A DNA stretch of 64,000 nt from Centroscyllium fabricii (Eukaryota): assembly GCA_051313645.2 (NCBI GenBank), contig JBNRSN020000024.1, positions 46,252,001 to 46,316,000 on the forward strand. Reading direction: 5' to 3'. The notes below the pieces were generated by a model that saw only the letters and a list, made by a program, of their open reading frames with translations, searched no databases and had not been told where the DNA came from. This document shows, piece after piece, positions 61,501 through 64,000 of the stretch. How positions within the stretch are numbered: the first letter of the stretch is position 1; each line of letters opens with the position of its first letter. A program made the translations under genes and the position numbers.

Positions 61501-63707
61501 TGCTGGGAGCCTGAAATGGGAAGAGTTCCTTGCCCCAGCACAAACATCCCTGACCGTGAGCACACATTCAAAAAAAATAATGCCCAAATGATCAGAGCAG
61601 GGAATCTGCAGTGGTTGGAGGTATTGTTGTTTTCCCCTTTGGACAGGATTTTGAAATAAGTGAAACTAAACACAATAGTGTCCTTTTCAAGTAATCTCAC
61701 AAAGTTGAATATTGATCACTATATTTGTCAAGAAGAGTGCTATCAATGCACCATCAAACCACACTGACAAGCAGGTTCCCAGTCCAATCCCAGTCTGTGC
61801 TAGTTAGATGATTACAGTTGGGGTGCAATAGTTAGTTTTTATGTACCAAAACTAAAGAGGGAAAAATCACCCAGAGCTCCTGTTTTTGATTGCTGTTCCG
61901 TAACTCCTGGTGGAGAGAGTGTGTGTGGACATCTGGTGAAGACAGCATCAGGCTAATTTGTAATGGTGCCTGTGATCAAAAAGCCCGCCAACATTCATTG
62001 TCTGGTTTTGCACATGAAAAATGGCCATTTGTGGGAGGTACTTGAGGGCAACGAACACCTGTAGTGTCTGAACACAGATAGAGTCAGCACCTTCAGGAGA
62101 ACAGGGAGAAAACATGCCAAGTTCTTATTTTTATATCCGTTCCATATAAGTGACTTAAGTATAGAATTGTAGTCCATCAGATCAATGTCTTTCCCTCCCG
62201 CTGTGTTTAATTTCTGATCCAAATGTATATATTGCCCAGTACTGCAGTTTTAACGCACAGCAAATAGTGAATCTGACAAATGTGCACCGAGACAGCAGGA
62301 TGATTTGTGCAGAATATAGGTTCCCATCTGGGCCAACTGAATTGGTTAGTTTAACTGATCAAAAGATGTGAAAAGTGTCAATTGTCTGGAGTTTATGAAA
62401 ATACTGTTGTGTCAAACACTGCTTCTTACTAAACTGCTTGGGAACTTGCAATGATTCGACTACCCACCACAAGGTTTAATATAACCTTTCCCTTTGGAAT
62501 ATATCATATTTAAAAAATATATTTTAATACTTGTTCAATAAATTGATTGCTTAGGGAGCAGTGCCTTCCTCACACTCGCTCCATGTGGGATAGAATGACT
62601 AATGTGTTAGTCTGCCGGGTTTGTCACTGGACCACAAGCTTCCTGGGAGGTCAAGTTAGACTGCAGTTGTATAAGAATGCATAAGCCACAATTCTTGGAA
62701 GTTTACAAAGACCGCTCTTGAACCCAGTCCCTGGTGGGTGTGTGTGGGACCCAAAGTACAAAACTGGCCACAAATTGGCACTAAATTGACAATCTTGCCT
62801 AGGGAGGCCATAGCTATGGTTGGTGTGAGGAGTGCAATTCACACCAATGCAATAGGTAGCGCTTCCTTGGCTTTCTTGTATCTGGAGTGTTTAATGTTGA
62901 CTGTTAATGCCAGAGGCAGATACATATTCTTTTGCTTGTACTGACATCTCTCTCATTTCTGAGCACAAAAGCTATTTGGCAAGTATATCCAAAGTATGCT
63001 CCTTTAATACAGTAACGCCCCTTTGAACACTTGGCTGGTACAATTAATATGCATTGGTACATACCAAACAACACAGCGAAACAAAAACAGGAATGGAAAT
63101 GGAATCTCAATTCACAGTCACTAATTAGACTGCAAAATAGCTGCCAGAATGGTTTTCATTACCACTGGCGGCTTGGCGATGGTTGCTGTGTTGGGTGTAC
63201 GCAGTTGCTTCCTTTTGATTACCTGGTAACTGGTTTTAATATATTAAAGGAAACTTTTCAGCAATTCCCTTGTGTAAGCACTCTGTATTGACTAACTGCT
63301 CCACTGTACAATTGCTAAAGGATTTATTTTCACTATAATGTGCCTGCAGTGACCGACATCGTGGTAATCAATTCCTGCTAGTGGATTTAGTTTGTGTGGA
63401 TTCCCTTCCCTCACCAGAATATCAGTGGAGCATGTACATGCCATCTTTTCTGAATGAAATGTGTCTTCTAGACGCTCTAGAAGGGCCCTGCACCCTTTTG
63501 CTAAAGATTACTGTTGAGAAAGGATGTAGAGAGGAGGAAGGATGGTGTAGCATTCTAGTGCCTATTAGGGCAATGACTCCCACGCCTGATTTCTTTGGGT
63601 ATCAAATTCCTGATCTTCGCTGTGCTGTCAAAGGCTGGTGTCTAGGAATAACTAGACATTTTGCCACAAGGGAGGAGGAAAAATGACCAGATGAGCCATT
63701 CTGACTT

Positions 63708-63771
63708 GTTCGAGCACACCTTCGTTCGAACACCCCTTCGTTCGAACACACCTTCATTCGAACGCACCTTC
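63708..63771. repeat. 4 x 16-bp tandem repeat GTTCGAACACACCTTC
   Basis: Seen directly. Confidence 0.85.
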
Positions 63772-64000
63772 CAGATGAAGGTTCAACAGCGAGTTCTGGA
63801 GTAGGTCATTTTCCAGCTGGCTTGCCTGGAAAGTGCATGGAACATCCAGAGCTAAAGAGAAGCGAGATAATAAGAACATAATATTTAAACTGTGAAACGT
63901 CAAGTACTTGAGACTTAAAATATTCTGCCATCTGATTCTTTAAATTCAACATTAAGAAGGTTAACAGAAGTGAATAAATTGACCGTAGGTAGAAAATATA

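Noticed and set aside
57126-64000. DHRS11 exon 2 (NNAG-containing)
   Set aside because: No matching peptide seen; intron 1 probably extends past the window.

Overview
Vertebrate genomic DNA, almost certainly from a shark or other cartilaginous fish, judged from HE1- and SacSINE1-type SINEs, abundant CR1 LINEs and Penelope remnants. The + strand carries most of GGNBP2 (ZNF403): 12 constitutive coding exons from MVMEF... (5118) to the stop at 42084, plus a 129-nt in-frame cassette exon at 14924-15052. The first coding exon was not found and probably lies upstream of the window. Downstream are a CpG-island promoter and coding exon 1 of DHRS11 (55208-55339), the same gene order as at human 17q12. 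Nearly all other ORFs in the track are transposon-derived or spurious. Introns and the intergenic region hold CR1/RTE LINE fragments, SINEs, several TIR-transposon MITE families (Tc1/mariner-Tigger, hAT, PIF/Harbinger), a probable solo LTR, Penelope-like terminal repeats with minimal hammerhead-ribozyme motifs, and a ~1.2 kb minisatellite in DHRS11 intron 1. Best leads: (i) a decayed, interrupted coding-like segment at 45.5-47.2 kb that may be an endogenous negative-strand RNA virus nucleoprotein; (ii) hammerhead-like motifs whose sense intronic copies carry core mutations; (iii) MITEs packed with NRF1/YY1 motifs; (iv) alternative-splicing features of GGNBP2. All family assignments come from visual recognition; no database search was run.
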